35,206 nt of DNA from a virus (IMGVR_UViG_3300032226_000676:1-35206), one strand, 5' to 3'; positions 17,793 through 28,135 are shown, counted from the stretch's first letter. The notes: generated from the letters alone by a model not told the origin. A program made the numbers and translations.

Positions 17793-20700
17793 ATGCAGGA
17801 TGCGACGTTCGGTTTCGAGTACTACCGTGAGTTGAAGGCGCTCGAGGAGCGTTTCGCGTCATCGCACCCCGGTCAGAACCTCAACGACCCGAAGAATGCC
17901 GGCTACAAGAAGCAGATGCTGAAGGATGCCGGCATCCGCGTCCGCCGATCCGTCTACCAGGACACGCTCGCCGACCTGCTCGAGTCCGGCGCTCCGGGTA
18001 TCACCCGGAGGGAGAAGCCGATGGAGATCGGCGGCCCCGCCCCGGAGCAGCCGCTGTTCTCGAGCGACGAGGAGCGGACTCGCTACGCGGGACTCGGATA
18101 CGGATCCGCGAGTCCAAACGATGACACGTTCGGTGACCTGATCGCTGATCAGGATTCCGATGCGCATGAGTTCGCCGTGCTCCGGCAGAACCAGTACGAA
18201 GCCGGGAAGCCGATGCGGTACTGGGATGAGTACCTCGCATCGAAGCCGTCCAAGTTGCAGGCCGGCGTGCAGGGTCTGGTCATCAACGCGACGATGGGCT
18301 TTGAGGGTGGCGCGCAGGGCATCGGTGAGTACATCGGTACGACGATGACCGACATCGCTGACCCGCAGTACAAGTACGCGGATCGACTCGGTGTAAGCCG
18401 AGACGAACTCGAACTCGCGATCGCCAGAGTGGAGAAGAAGGCTCCGGCGGGCTTGGCGAAGATTGAGTACTACCAGGATGAGGGCGCTGCGCCAACGGAA
18501 CAGCAGCAGCGTCTCTACGACCTGTACATGCAGATGCGCAGCCCGGTCGTTGAGCAGGTTCGCAAGGACTTCGGAAACACAGGTCGACGGTGGGCGCGAA
18601 ACGTCACCGACGCCTTTCTTCCCAAGGGACTTGAGATTTCCCGCAGCACTCTTGTTGGAGCAAATCCAGAGGAGCCGCAGGACATCCGCGAGGATGTCGG
18701 TCGTGGCGGCGGCGGCGCGTTCGTCAAGACGATGGAGATGACGGGTTCGGCGCTCGGCGTGATGCCGTACAGCCTTCCTGCGATGGCGACCCGAAATCCG
18801 AAGGCAGCGGCCGTCCTGACGGCTCCGTTCTTTGCGATGGGGCATTCCGAGGCTTGGAACCGCCGGATGCGAATCTGGGAACAGCAGGCTGCGGAGGCGG
18901 AGGCGAACGGGGTGTCGGCTCCTCCTCGCCCGACGTTCGGAGAACTTCAGCAGCAGTCGAACTGGGGCGGACTCATTGAGTTCGGATCCGAGTTCACCAT
19001 CGACCGACTTCAGGTTGCCCTTCCTGGGCTTGCCAATAGCCTCTCAAAGCGTGTCCCGAGCCTTGCTGGTCGCAGCGCGGATTCCGTGAGCAAGTCGGCG
19101 GAGGCGCTTCTCGATTCGATGTCGCGGCGTCGCGGCGCGCTCGGAGTCGCGAAGACGTCCGCCGTGGTCGCAGCTGGCGGCGCGACCGAAGCAATCGAAG
19201 AAGCGATCCCGGAGTTGGGCAAGGAGTTCACCGACCCGTTCTACATCCCCGAAGGCTACAGCAGCGACTTCTTCTCCGCGCAGACTGCGGAGAACATGGG
19301 AACCGGGTTCATCGCCGGACTGCTGTTCGGCGGTGGGCAGCAGGCCTTCGGCAAGGAAGCGCGCATGAGGCGCGCGGAGAACCGACGGTTCAAGCAGGCG
19401 GCGGAAGGCGCTACGTCCACGGTGGTCGGCGCGATCACCGACAAGGCATCCCGGATTCTCAGGCAGCGTTTCGCGACCAACGCCACCGCCGCGCGAGGCG
19501 CGACCATGGCCTCGTACCAGGTCGCGGAGATCGGCGCGAACAAGCGAATCGCGATGTTCGTGAACCCGGAGACGGCCGATGTAACGCTGACCGATGACGT
19601 TCGCGCGCAGATGGCGCAGATCGGAATCGCGGATGAGCCCATCGGTAGGATCAACGGCCTCGATGTATACGCGCAGGCGGCGCTGGCGGATGACGTCGCC
19701 TCCTACATCAACGATGGCAACGTCTCCGAACTGACCGGATATCCGGAACTGATGGAGCCGGGCCTGTCGATGGCCGGCGCGATCGTCGTGCGCAACAAGG
19801 CGCAGCAGATCGTCGATGCGATCCCATTCAGCGACTCGCAGGCTGCTGAGGCAGCGCGACCGGGCATCGAGCACACCGCCGCCCTGAGCGGATCCACCGT
19901 TGAGGTGGTGAGCGCGGACGGACTCGCAACCCTGTCGGAATCGATGGAACTCCAGGTCGATGCCGATGCGACCATGCGGAAGATCGCGCCTCCGTCGAAG
20001 CGCGGCCTTCTCCCGCAGGCGAAGGCTCGCGGCCTTGAGGCGCTGCGGATCGAGATGTCGGAGGATGCGCTCGGAACGAAGGCGGCCGGCAAGGAGGACG
20101 AGCAGTTCTCCAGCCCGCTGCTCACGATGGCGGAGATCGGAAACGCGACCAACAAGGACGTTGAGGTCGTGACCGATGTGTCCGAGGTTCCGCAGAGCCA
20201 GCTGACCGAAGCGGAGCGCAACATCGGAAAGGCGACGGGCGCGAACCCGGTCATCGTCGATGCGAAGGTCACCTACAAGATCACCCGTCCCGATGGCAAG
20301 GTCGACGTCTACGAGCGAAGCACGGTCAACAACGGCGGCTATCTCGGCGAGGTTTCTCCGGACGGCCTGTTCCTGATCCGCGACAACGGCACGGCATTCA
20401 CCAGCCGCAACGCCATCATGCTCGCGCTTCACGAGATGCGCCACGCACTCGTCGGCAAGAATCGCGGAGCGGCGGCGTACATCGCGAAACTCCTGTATCT
20501 CGACCCGGCGTTCGCCATGCGCGGCGGCATTGAGTACATGCGGGAGTACGAGCAGGTCAAGTCGCTGGTGACCGGGAAGTCGGGCGCGCTCGCCGGCATC
20601 GATGACGATGCTGCGGCGATCCTGCACTACCAGGCCAGCCATGCTGCCGCGCTTGCGGTGTTGCAGGACGAAGCCGGATACGCGCAGGCACTCCGAACTC

Positions 20701-23700
20701 AGAACGACCCCAACGCCACGCCGGAGGCGAAGGCTGTTGCAGAGGCTCGCATCGAGCAGCAGCAGACCGCCAAGGCCGAACTGAGCGAGGTCGAGCGGTT
20801 CGCCGAGGAAAGCATCGCGAACGTGCCGAACCGTGCGGTCGGTCAGGTCGGCTCTCGCGCGCTCGAGTGGGAAGGCATCCTCAAGGACTCCAACGAACGG
20901 AGCATGAGGAAGTTCGTCGCCTACTTCTCCCACGTGCTGGCTCGCAACGGATGGGCGGGGCCCGAGGCTCGTCAGGCGCTCTATGAGTTGCAGCAGCGCA
21001 TGAATGGAGTCGAGGATCACAAACTCAAGATCCAGCAGCAGATGGCTGCGGAGATCGAGAAGAAGTACCGCGACGATCTCATCAAGCACGCGCAGATGCG
21101 GGCGCAGGTTGCCCCGCAGGTTCCGAAGCAGGCCGCGCAGCCAGCGCAGCCGCAGCAGGTCGCCGCGCCGCAGCCCGGTCAGCCGGGATACGTCGGACCC
21201 ATGCAGCCCGCGAACATCGGTGTTCGCCCTGTGCAGCCCGTGTCTCAGCCGGGCGCGCAGCCGATGGCTGGATCTCAGCAGCCCACGGCGCTTCGTCCGA
21301 ACCCGCCGCAGTCGCAGCAGCCGCCAGCCTACTCAATGCGACCTCGAGCGGGCGCGCAGGCGGTGGGCATCGCGCTTCCCGGAGGGGATCGCGACGAGCA
21401 GATCATGGAGGCATCGCAGCGTCTCGCGGAGTTCTCCGCGCTCCCTGACGATCAGAAGCCGTCCGCCCTCGCGAGCGTCGTCGGCATCCTTGCGAACGTG
21501 ATTCCCATGTTCGCGCAGACTCAGGCGAGCCTCGGTTCGACTGGAACTGGCGCGGCAACGGGCGGAGTCCGTAGGCCGACGATTCCGCCGCCTTCGGCTG
21601 CGGAGGTTGCGCCCGTGACCGAAGCGGAGCCGACTACGCAGGAGATGCCTGCTACGCAAGGGATGCCTGTCGGAGAGCGTGAGGCTATCGCTCGCCAGCG
21701 TGCGGAGCCGATGATGTCGTTGCGGCGTTCGTTGCGAGGAGAGTGGTGGCTTACCGAGAATGGCCCCGTGTTTGCCGATGGCGATTACGGCGACATGAAC
21801 CACGCCATGATCGCGAAGAATGATGCAGTCAACAGCCTGTCGGCGTATCTCTACCAGCAGGCGAATGCATCCGGAAATCCTGACTTCATTGATCGCGTCA
21901 AGAATCTCGAGCAGGCTGTAGAGCAGAACAACGAAGGAATGATCGACTCGGACGAGATGGCCAATGCCGTGCTTGAGGCCGTTGGCGCGGATGTCGATAC
22001 GATCGATGAGTGGACGAACAGAGAGGCGGAGAAGCAGCCGGAAGGCAGTCGCGAGATGTTCCGCATGATGGTGCAGTCTGCGACTAACACTCTCCGCGAT
22101 GACCGCGAGTATGGTCTTGCGAAGGGATGGGTTCGCGTTCTCGGCAACAACATCCAGATGCCGAAGATGAGTGATTCCGCGCTGAAGGAAGTCGCTGATC
22201 GCATGTACGAGGCAGAGGGAGAGAATGTCCTCAACCAAGAGTTCACGATTGAGGACATCGCTTCTCGGCGCACATACGATGCCGTACCGTTTGAGGCTTT
22301 GGAGAAGGGAGTTCGCGGTATTGCGCCGTACCGTGGTGCGTTCTTCTCAATGCGCCCGGACATTCAGCGCGCATGGGAAAAGACCTCTAAGGCCGTCGAC
22401 GGCGGGACGCTGACCACGGTCTACACCGGGAGCCCTACGGGTTTCATGGAGTTCGATTCGCAGCGCATGGGCAGAACCGAGCGCCCGGTTTCCATCGGAG
22501 CGGCGACGTCTTCGACCACGGCGGATGGGATGTGGTTCACCAGTAGCAAGAATGCTGCCTCCGATGCTGCGAAAATCAGTTCGGTCAACATGATGCCGAG
22601 GGTGTCGCGCATCCTCAACGACAAGACCATGCGTCTTTCCGCTGGCCTTCCAGCATCGGCTCTTCGCAAGTTCGAGGCGAACTTCGGTATGCCTCTCAAG
22701 GACTACCGTGTTACCCCGGAGAATCTCGCGGAGTTCATGGACAACGACGGCGGCAACTACGAGGGCGTGGTTAGTAGCCATGCGAAGTTCCTGTCGGAAA
22801 TGATGGGGAACGATCCGGCTGCTGTCGCAAAGATCGATCAGGAGTTCCAGGGTACGGACATTGCTGTGAGTGCGGCGTATCTCGCCGGCTCTCGCGGCGG
22901 AGTCATGCGAGGAGCAAATCTCAACCTTGAGAACCCTCTGATCGTTCCGTTCAAGCAAGGCAAGATGGTCAGCACGGAGCGCGGCCTCGTTAGAGACGAT
23001 GAGCCGTTCATCACCCAGGCGTCCGATGCTATTGACCAGATGCAGGCCAATGGCAACGACGGCATCATCATGGAGATGCCGGACGGCGAGCGCAGGTACT
23101 TCGTCCGCAATCCATCGCAAGTCGCGGTGACCGGAGCAGCGCGCGATGCGCGGGAAGCGTCGATGCTGTCGCTCCGCCCGAGTGCGAAGAAGAACCTTCA
23201 GGCCGCCGCGCGCATTGAGAATGCGATGAAGGTCGCGCAGGGTCAGAAGTGGCAGAAGGGCATCGATCTCAAGCGCGCCATGCAGGATCAGGTGGAGAAC
23301 GCTGCTTCCGCCGAAGGCGTCGATCTCAAGGAGTTCAACGAAGAAACCAAGCAGCATCTAATCAACGTCGGTCTGAGCGATGCCAAGTTCGCGCTGAAGC
23401 AGAATCCGCAGGCGGTCGGCTGGTACGACGTCAAGACCCGCATCGCGCTGTCGGTAGCGTCTCTGGTTCATCCTGAGATCGCGCTCGATCCGAATGCGCG
23501 GTTCGCCTACGTCTATGCGGTCGCCGTCACATCGAACGGCCTGCGCGTGGGGCAGAACTTCTCGCTGGCTGACCGCGTCTACCGCAGGTACAAGGAGACG
23601 GGTCGTATGGATCCGTCGATGGCCGTCGGAACGCAGGCCGACGGAATGAAGGCTGCGCTCGAGCAGTTCAACGACCTCAAGGCGAAGTGGGGACTCACGA

Positions 23701-26700
23701 CCTTCCGCCAGTTCATGGTCACCAACTTCAAGGTGTCCGAACTCAAGACGCTCGGCGAGGACTTCGTTCCCTCCGGAGAGGCTGCGGAAGCGGAGGTGCG
23801 CGGAGCATCGATCATCGGCCCGAAGATCGGAAACGGGTTCTTCGCGAACCTCAACGGTCTGTTCGATGCGCTGACGATGGATCGCTGGTTCGTGCGCACC
23901 TGGTCGCGCTGGACGGGAACCCTCGTCGATCGCCGTCCAGAGGTCATTGAGGAGGCGGTGCAGAGGTTTTCCGCTGCGGTGAAATCCCTCCCGGCGGAAT
24001 CGCGAGTTCGCATCAACGCGCTGTCGAGCGGAATCCTCAACGGTGGAACCGCGCTCGAGCAGGGCGTCAGGCTGTCGAAGTTCTTCTCCAAGAAGGAGAA
24101 CCGCGATGCCATCGCGAACGATTCGGCGCTGGACGAACTGCGCAAGGCTGCGAATCGCGTGGACGCAGCGGAGCGCGGTGAGAAGGAAGCCCCGTCGGGC
24201 GCGGCAGAGCGCCAGCAGATGCGCGAGGTGATGGAGGAGATCCTCAAGCAACTCCGCAAGGATCCTGCCTATCGGAACCTCACGATGGCGGATTTGCAAG
24301 CCGTGTACTGGTACATGGAGAAGCGCCTGTACGAAAACGCCAAGGTTACGGTTGATGACAAGTCGGACGAGGGTTATGCTGATGAGGAAGCGCCCGACTA
24401 CGCGAACGCATCGATCGCGGTGGCGCGAGAAGCGGGAATCGAACAAGCCGCAATCGACCAGGCGGTAAGGAGCCAGACCGATGGACTCGCAGCAACAGCA
24501 CGACCAGCAGCGAATCAGCCGCAAGTTCGCCGCAAGCCCGGCCTCGAGGTCCACAGTGGCGGCCTTGCTCGCCGCGAAGCCTTCATCAAGTCAGGAGCAA
24601 TCCGAAATGTCGTTGAAGGCCGGCGCTCAGGAGAACCTTCCTTCGCCTATCAGCGACGCGGACGCGACGTTTCTCTCGGAACTGGGGTTCTAAAGAAGAA
24701 TCGCGCCCTGCTCGAGGCCGTATGGGCTCCGGGCGCTCGACTCCGCAATAGGTTCCGCGCAGCCGGAATGCTCGCACCAAAGTTCGGTGAACTGACGCAG
24801 AGCAAGGCATCTGCCAAACTGTTCCATTCGGCCATCACCAAGGCGAAGGCGCGCAACAAGCACGGCGCATCGGTCTTCGTCTACCCGGAGGCGGAATATG
24901 CCGGGATGCGGATGTTCCTGTCCGAGGATGGGAAGACGGGCGTCGCCATCAAGCCGGATGGCGACATGGTCAGCGTGTTCTCGCATGAGACTTCCCCGCA
25001 GGGAAGAGCGGCCGTTGAACTTGCCGTCATTGCCGGCGCGATCAAGGGCGATGCGTTCGACACCGCGCTCCCCGCGCTCTACGCCGATCATGGCTTCAAG
25101 GTGGTTTCGCGCCTCGGCTGGGACGATTCCCAGGCTCCGAGCGACTGGGACAAGACTCGGTACAAGCAGTTCAACAACGGCGAGCCCGATGTCGTGTTCC
25201 TCGCATACGACCCGTCGTATCGCGGCACTTACTCCCGCACCGATGTTCCCGTGTCGGCGGATTACGATGCGGCGGTCAAGGCGCAGTCTGACGTGGTTGC
25301 GGAGATCAGCCGGGCGAATTCCACCAGCATCGCCGCTCCGAAGCCGTCCGACCAGGTCGACGCGATGTTCTCGATCCGTCGCGGTCTTCCCGGAGTCCGC
25401 GATGAGGCGATGCTCCGGTACATCGACAAGTTCGATGAACTGCTCCGCTACCAGCGCGAGGCGGAGGCGCGCGGAATCGACATCCCGCCGATCCTCAATC
25501 CGTACATCGGCGCCCGGCTCCTGAGCGGACGGCTGGGCGCGATGCAGCAGGAGGCGGAGCGCAACTACGCCGACCTGCTCCGGCGTATGCACCTCGACGG
25601 CGTGACGCTCGCGGAGATGGACGAGTTCCTCACGGCGCAGCACGCTGAGGAGCGCAACATCTACGTCGCGAGCATCAACCCGGCGTTCCCCGACGGTGGT
25701 TCGGGAATGTTCACGGGCGACGCCCGCAACATCATCCAGGCCGCCGTCAACAACGGTCGGTTCGGAATGCTGAATGGGTACGCGGAGGAGTGGCGGCAGA
25801 TGCTGCGCGACGCCCTCGACGAGCGCCTCGCGAACGGCCTGATCAACCTCCAGACCTACAACAACCTGACGGCTCGCTACCAGAACTACGTCCCGCTGCG
25901 GGGCGCTCCCGTGCAGCCGAACGACGAGGACTTCCTCGACTTCGGTGAGGCCGGCGGCCGTGGACTCTCGACCACCGGGCGCGGTCTTCCCGCTTCGATG
26001 GGTCGGCGCAGCGAGGCGGAGGCGGTCACCTCCCAGGTTGGCTACGTCCATGAGGACACCTTCCGCCGGATCGAGCGCAACAGGATCGGGCAGTCGTTCC
26101 TCCACCTGGTGCAGGCCGTCAACGACCCGAACATGGCGGAGGTCGTGCGCCCGACGCGGCGCGCGATCATCCCGACCTACGCGCCCACCCCGGGCGGTGG
26201 CCGCGTCCGGACGGGCGAGGAAGTCCGGGTCATCCATGACCCGACGTGGATGACTGACCAGCGCCACTTCGGCCTGTACACGGATCGCGCCATCACGATC
26301 AACGGTCACAACTACGAGCCGGGCGATCTGATCGTCATCCGCATCAACAACCGCCGGCTGGCCGATGCGATGACCTCGCCCAGCCTCGAGTTGCGTTCAT
26401 TCGAGCGCGGGCTGCGGCACGTCAACAACGCCTGGCGGTTTATGACCACGGGTCTTGGCAACCCGACGTTCCCGATCGCGAACATGTTCCGCGACGTGCT
26501 GACGGGCGTCATCAACAACTACGCGGCGCGCGGTGCGGCCGACACGCTCGGGATGATGCGCCGATGGTCGGGTGCGTTCGGCAATGTCTTCCGCGATTCG
26601 TGGGCGGGCAGAGCGCCGACGGGTTCGTATGGCGACTTCGTGGCAGCTGGCGGTGACCAGTTGTACTGGAGGCCGAACGATCTCGAGGTGAAGCGCGCTG

Positions 26701-28034
26701 ACTTCGATGCGATCGCGGAGCGCGTGGCTCGCCGCGATCCCAACGACCGCACGCTGGCAAGGGCGCTGTTCGGCTGGTATCCCGCGTTCTTCGAGGCTGC
26801 TGAGAAGGCAACTCGCGTCGCCCAGTATGAGCAGCGCATGGCGACCGGAGCGGCTGCCCCCGAAGCGGCGCTCGCTGCCCGCGACCTGACGATCGACTTC
26901 GCCAAGGGCGGTCAGGCAAAGCCAGTGCTCAACACCTGGTACATGTTCCTCAACGCGGGACTCCAGGGCAACGTCAACCTGCTGCGTTCGATCCAGTCTG
27001 CGCCCGGAACCGTCCCGGCTCTGATCGGTCTTGGATTCGCGAACGCCGCGCTCGCCCGGTTCATGGGCGGCGATGACGAGGACACCAAGCAGGCGAACTG
27101 GGACAACATCCCTGAGTACGAGCGAACCTCCAACCTGTACTTCTTCGATCCGCGCGGCACCGGAAAGTACGTGAAGGTTCCCCTGCCCTACGGCTACAAC
27201 GTGTTCACCAGCATGGGAGCGCGCATGGCTGATGCGGTCTATGGCCGCAAGACATCCTCCGACGTGCTGAACGGCACGCTGGTCGATGCGCTGAACGCCT
27301 TCAACCCGATGGGCGGAAGCGGCATCAAGTCCGGAGGAACGGCGCTCGTCGCCGCCGCCGTCCCGACGATGGCGCGACCGGCGATCGAACTCCTCGGCAA
27401 CGAGGACTTCGCCGGCCGCCCGATCGCTCCCACCGTGTTTGACCGCTTCCCGGGCCCGAGGTCGCAGAACGCATTCGACGGGACTCCTGAGGGGTACAAG
27501 CGTTTCGCCGAGACGGTCAACTCCATGACGGGTGGCGATGAGTTTGAGGCGGGCATGATCGATGCCAGCCCCAACCACATCCAGTATCTGCTGGGCTACT
27601 ACTTCAGCGGCACTGGTCGCCTCCTCGACCGCGTCTACAAGGCGGCGCTGTCGAACGAGGAGGTCACGGCGAACGACCTCCCGGTGCTGCGGTCGTTCGT
27701 GGGCGATGCGAAGAACGACACCCGCGCGCTCTCGCAGAACTTCTACGGGCTGCTCGAGGAGGTTGCGCCGGCGCGCCGCCGGATGGACTTCGCGACGGAC
27801 GAGGCGAATCCGCTCGTCGACCGCCAGCGTGCAGCCGCGAACATCTCCAACGCCGAGATGGCGAACGCCGAGTGGATGAAACTCTACGAGAAGGAACTGA
27901 CCCGGCTCCGCAAGCAACTCAAGACGGCGACGCCCGAACAGCGCCAGGCGATCTTCGATCTTCGCAAGAGAATGCTGAAGGCAGCGGTCGCCAAGAAAAA
28001 CGAGTTGACAGACATCGGACTCGGTGTAGAGTAA
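17793..28034 (+). CDS. Giant polyvalent virion/ejection protein (about 3413 aa): zincin HExxH, ART-like, HhH-glycosylase-like, GNAT-like modules and C-terminal LPD38-like domain
   Basis: HEMRH (20430-20444); VYTGS..F.EFD..GMWFT..LENPL..GNDGII..NPSQV; GWYD..GPKIG..TMDRW..LQAVYW; GVAIKPDGDMVSVF..GDAFD..LYADHGF..EPDVVF; WDNIPEYER..YVKVPLPYG..P.IEL..NEDFAGRPI..SPNHIQYLLGYY. Confidence 0.85.
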   Translation: MQDATFGFEYYRELKALEERFASSHPGQNLNDPKNAGYKKQMLKDAGIRVRRSVYQDTLADLLESGAPGITRREKPMEIGGPAPEQPLFSSDEERTRYAGLGYGSASPNDDTFGDLIADQDSDAHEFAVLRQNQYEAGKPMRYWDEYLASKPSKLQAGVQGLVINATMGFEGGAQGIGEYIGTTMTDIADPQYKYADRLGVSRDELELAIARVEKKAPAGLAKIEYYQDEGAAPTEQQQRLYDLYMQMRSPVVEQVRKDFGNTGRRWARNVTDAFLPKGLEISRSTLVGANPEEPQDIREDVGRGGGGAFVKTMEMTGSALGVMPYSLPAMATRNPKAAAVLTAPFFAMGHSEAWNRRMRIWEQQAAEAEANGVSAPPRPTFGELQQQSNWGGLIEFGSEFTIDRLQVALPGLANSLSKRVPSLAGRSADSVSKSAEALLDSMSRRRGALGVAKTSAVVAAGGATEAIEEAIPELGKEFTDPFYIPEGYSSDFFSAQTAENMGTGFIAGLLFGGGQQAFGKEARMRRAENRRFKQAAEGATSTVVGAITDKASRILRQRFATNATAARGATMASYQVAEIGANKRIAMFVNPETADVTLTDDVRAQMAQIGIADEPIGRINGLDVYAQAALADDVASYINDGNVSELTGYPELMEPGLSMAGAIVVRNKAQQIVDAIPFSDSQAAEAARPGIEHTAALSGSTVEVVSADGLATLSESMELQVDADATMRKIAPPSKRGLLPQAKARGLEALRIEMSEDALGTKAAGKEDEQFSSPLLTMAEIGNATNKDVEVVTDVSEVPQSQLTEAERNIGKATGANPVIVDAKVTYKITRPDGKVDVYERSTVNNGGYLGEVSPDGLFLIRDNGTAFTSRNAIMLALHEMRHALVGKNRGAAAYIAKLLYLDPAFAMRGGIEYMREYEQVKSLVTGKSGALAGIDDDAAAILHYQASHAAALAVLQDEAGYAQALRTQNDPNATPEAKAVAEARIEQQQTAKAELSEVERFAEESIANVPNRAVGQVGSRALEWEGILKDSNERSMRKFVAYFSHVLARNGWAGPEARQALYELQQRMNGVEDHKLKIQQQMAAEIEKKYRDDLIKHAQMRAQVAPQVPKQAAQPAQPQQVAAPQPGQPGYVGPMQPANIGVRPVQPVSQPGAQPMAGSQQPTALRPNPPQSQQPPAYSMRPRAGAQAVGIALPGGDRDEQIMEASQRLAEFSALPDDQKPSALASVVGILANVIPMFAQTQASLGSTGTGAATGGVRRPTIPPPSAAEVAPVTEAEPTTQEMPATQGMPVGEREAIARQRAEPMMSLRRSLRGEWWLTENGPVFADGDYGDMNHAMIAKNDAVNSLSAYLYQQANASGNPDFIDRVKNLEQAVEQNNEGMIDSDEMANAVLEAVGADVDTIDEWTNREAEKQPEGSREMFRMMVQSATNTLRDDREYGLAKGWVRVLGNNIQMPKMSDSALKEVADRMYEAEGENVLNQEFTIEDIASRRTYDAVPFEALEKGVRGIAPYRGAFFSMRPDIQRAWEKTSKAVDGGTLTTVYTGSPTGFMEFDSQRMGRTERPVSIGAATSSTTADGMWFTSSKNAASDAAKISSVNMMPRVSRILNDKTMRLSAGLPASALRKFEANFGMPLKDYRVTPENLAEFMDNDGGNYEGVVSSHAKFLSEMMGNDPAAVAKIDQEFQGTDIAVSAAYLAGSRGGVMRGANLNLENPLIVPFKQGKMVSTERGLVRDDEPFITQASDAIDQMQANGNDGIIMEMPDGERRYFVRNPSQVAVTGAARDAREASMLSLRPSAKKNLQAAARIENAMKVAQGQKWQKGIDLKRAMQDQVENAASAEGVDLKEFNEETKQHLINVGLSDAKFALKQNPQAVGWYDVKTRIALSVASLVHPEIALDPNARFAYVYAVAVTSNGLRVGQNFSLADRVYRRYKETGRMDPSMAVGTQADGMKAALEQFNDLKAKWGLTTFRQFMVTNFKVSELKTLGEDFVPSGEAAEAEVRGASIIGPKIGNGFFANLNGLFDALTMDRWFVRTWSRWTGTLVDRRPEVIEEAVQRFSAAVKSLPAESRVRINALSSGILNGGTALEQGVRLSKFFSKKENRDAIANDSALDELRKAANRVDAAERGEKEAPSGAAERQQMREVMEEILKQLRKDPAYRNLTMADLQAVYWYMEKRLYENAKVTVDDKSDEGYADEEAPDYANASIAVAREAGIEQAAIDQAVRSQTDGLAATARPAANQPQVRRKPGLEVHSGGLARREAFIKSGAIRNVVEGRRSGEPSFAYQRRGRDVSLGTGVLKKNRALLEAVWAPGARLRNRFRAAGMLAPKFGELTQSKASAKLFHSAITKAKARNKHGASVFVYPEAEYAGMRMFLSEDGKTGVAIKPDGDMVSVFSHETSPQGRAAVELAVIAGAIKGDAFDTALPALYADHGFKVVSRLGWDDSQAPSDWDKTRYKQFNNGEPDVVFLAYDPSYRGTYSRTDVPVSADYDAAVKAQSDVVAEISRANSTSIAAPKPSDQVDAMFSIRRGLPGVRDEAMLRYIDKFDELLRYQREAEARGIDIPPILNPYIGARLLSGRLGAMQQEAERNYADLLRRMHLDGVTLAEMDEFLTAQHAEERNIYVASINPAFPDGGSGMFTGDARNIIQAAVNNGRFGMLNGYAEEWRQMLRDALDERLANGLINLQTYNNLTARYQNYVPLRGAPVQPNDEDFLDFGEAGGRGLSTTGRGLPASMGRRSEAEAVTSQVGYVHEDTFRRIERNRIGQSFLHLVQAVNDPNMAEVVRPTRRAIIPTYAPTPGGGRVRTGEEVRVIHDPTWMTDQRHFGLYTDRAITINGHNYEPGDLIVIRINNRRLADAMTSPSLELRSFERGLRHVNNAWRFMTTGLGNPTFPIANMFRDVLTGVINNYAARGAADTLGMMRRWSGAFGNVFRDSWAGRAPTGSYGDFVAAGGDQLYWRPNDLEVKRADFDAIAERVARRDPNDRTLARALFGWYPAFFEAAEKATRVAQYEQRMATGAAAPEAALAARDLTIDFAKGGQAKPVLNTWYMFLNAGLQGNVNLLRSIQSAPGTVPALIGLGFANAALARFMGGDDEDTKQANWDNIPEYERTSNLYFFDPRGTGKYVKVPLPYGYNVFTSMGARMADAVYGRKTSSDVLNGTLVDALNAFNPMGGSGIKSGGTALVAAAVPTMARPAIELLGNEDFAGRPIAPTVFDRFPGPRSQNAFDGTPEGYKRFAETVNSMTGGDEFEAGMIDASPNHIQYLLGYYFSGTGRLLDRVYKAALSNEEVTANDLPVLRSFVGDAKNDTRALSQNFYGLLEEVAPARRRMDFATDEANPLVDRQRAAANISNAEMANAEWMKLYEKELTRLRKQLKTATPEQRQAIFDLRKRMLKAAVAKKNELTDIGLGVE

Positions 28035-28126
28035 GAGCATCTTTTCCCCCATGCGTGGACGCCACCTATCCGATCGGGTGGCGTTCGCGTTTCCGGGGAG
28101 CGTCCCGCAGCAACGTAGAAATGCTC
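28035..28126 (+). ncRNA. Candidate structured small RNA or structured 3' UTR
   Basis: Ends pair (GAGCAT/ATGCTC); nested stems TCCCC/GGGGA and ATGCG.GGACGCCACCT/GGGTGGCGTTCGCGT with G-U pairs; no family recognised. Confidence 0.4.
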
Positions 28127-28135
28127 AGGGGATAA

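Noticed and set aside
21100-21330. Gln/Pro-rich stretch (also portal C-terminus, about 6970-7050) as a DNA repeat element
   Set aside because: Low-complexity protein linker with no exact nucleotide repeat unit
17859-28052. Long antisense ORFs (e.g. 19044..21089, 24690..26309, 26397..28052; likewise 137..1435, 5612..6943, 8234..9661)
   Set aside because: Shadow frames expected from high-GC codon bias opposite real genes; Arg/His/Val-rich with no motifs
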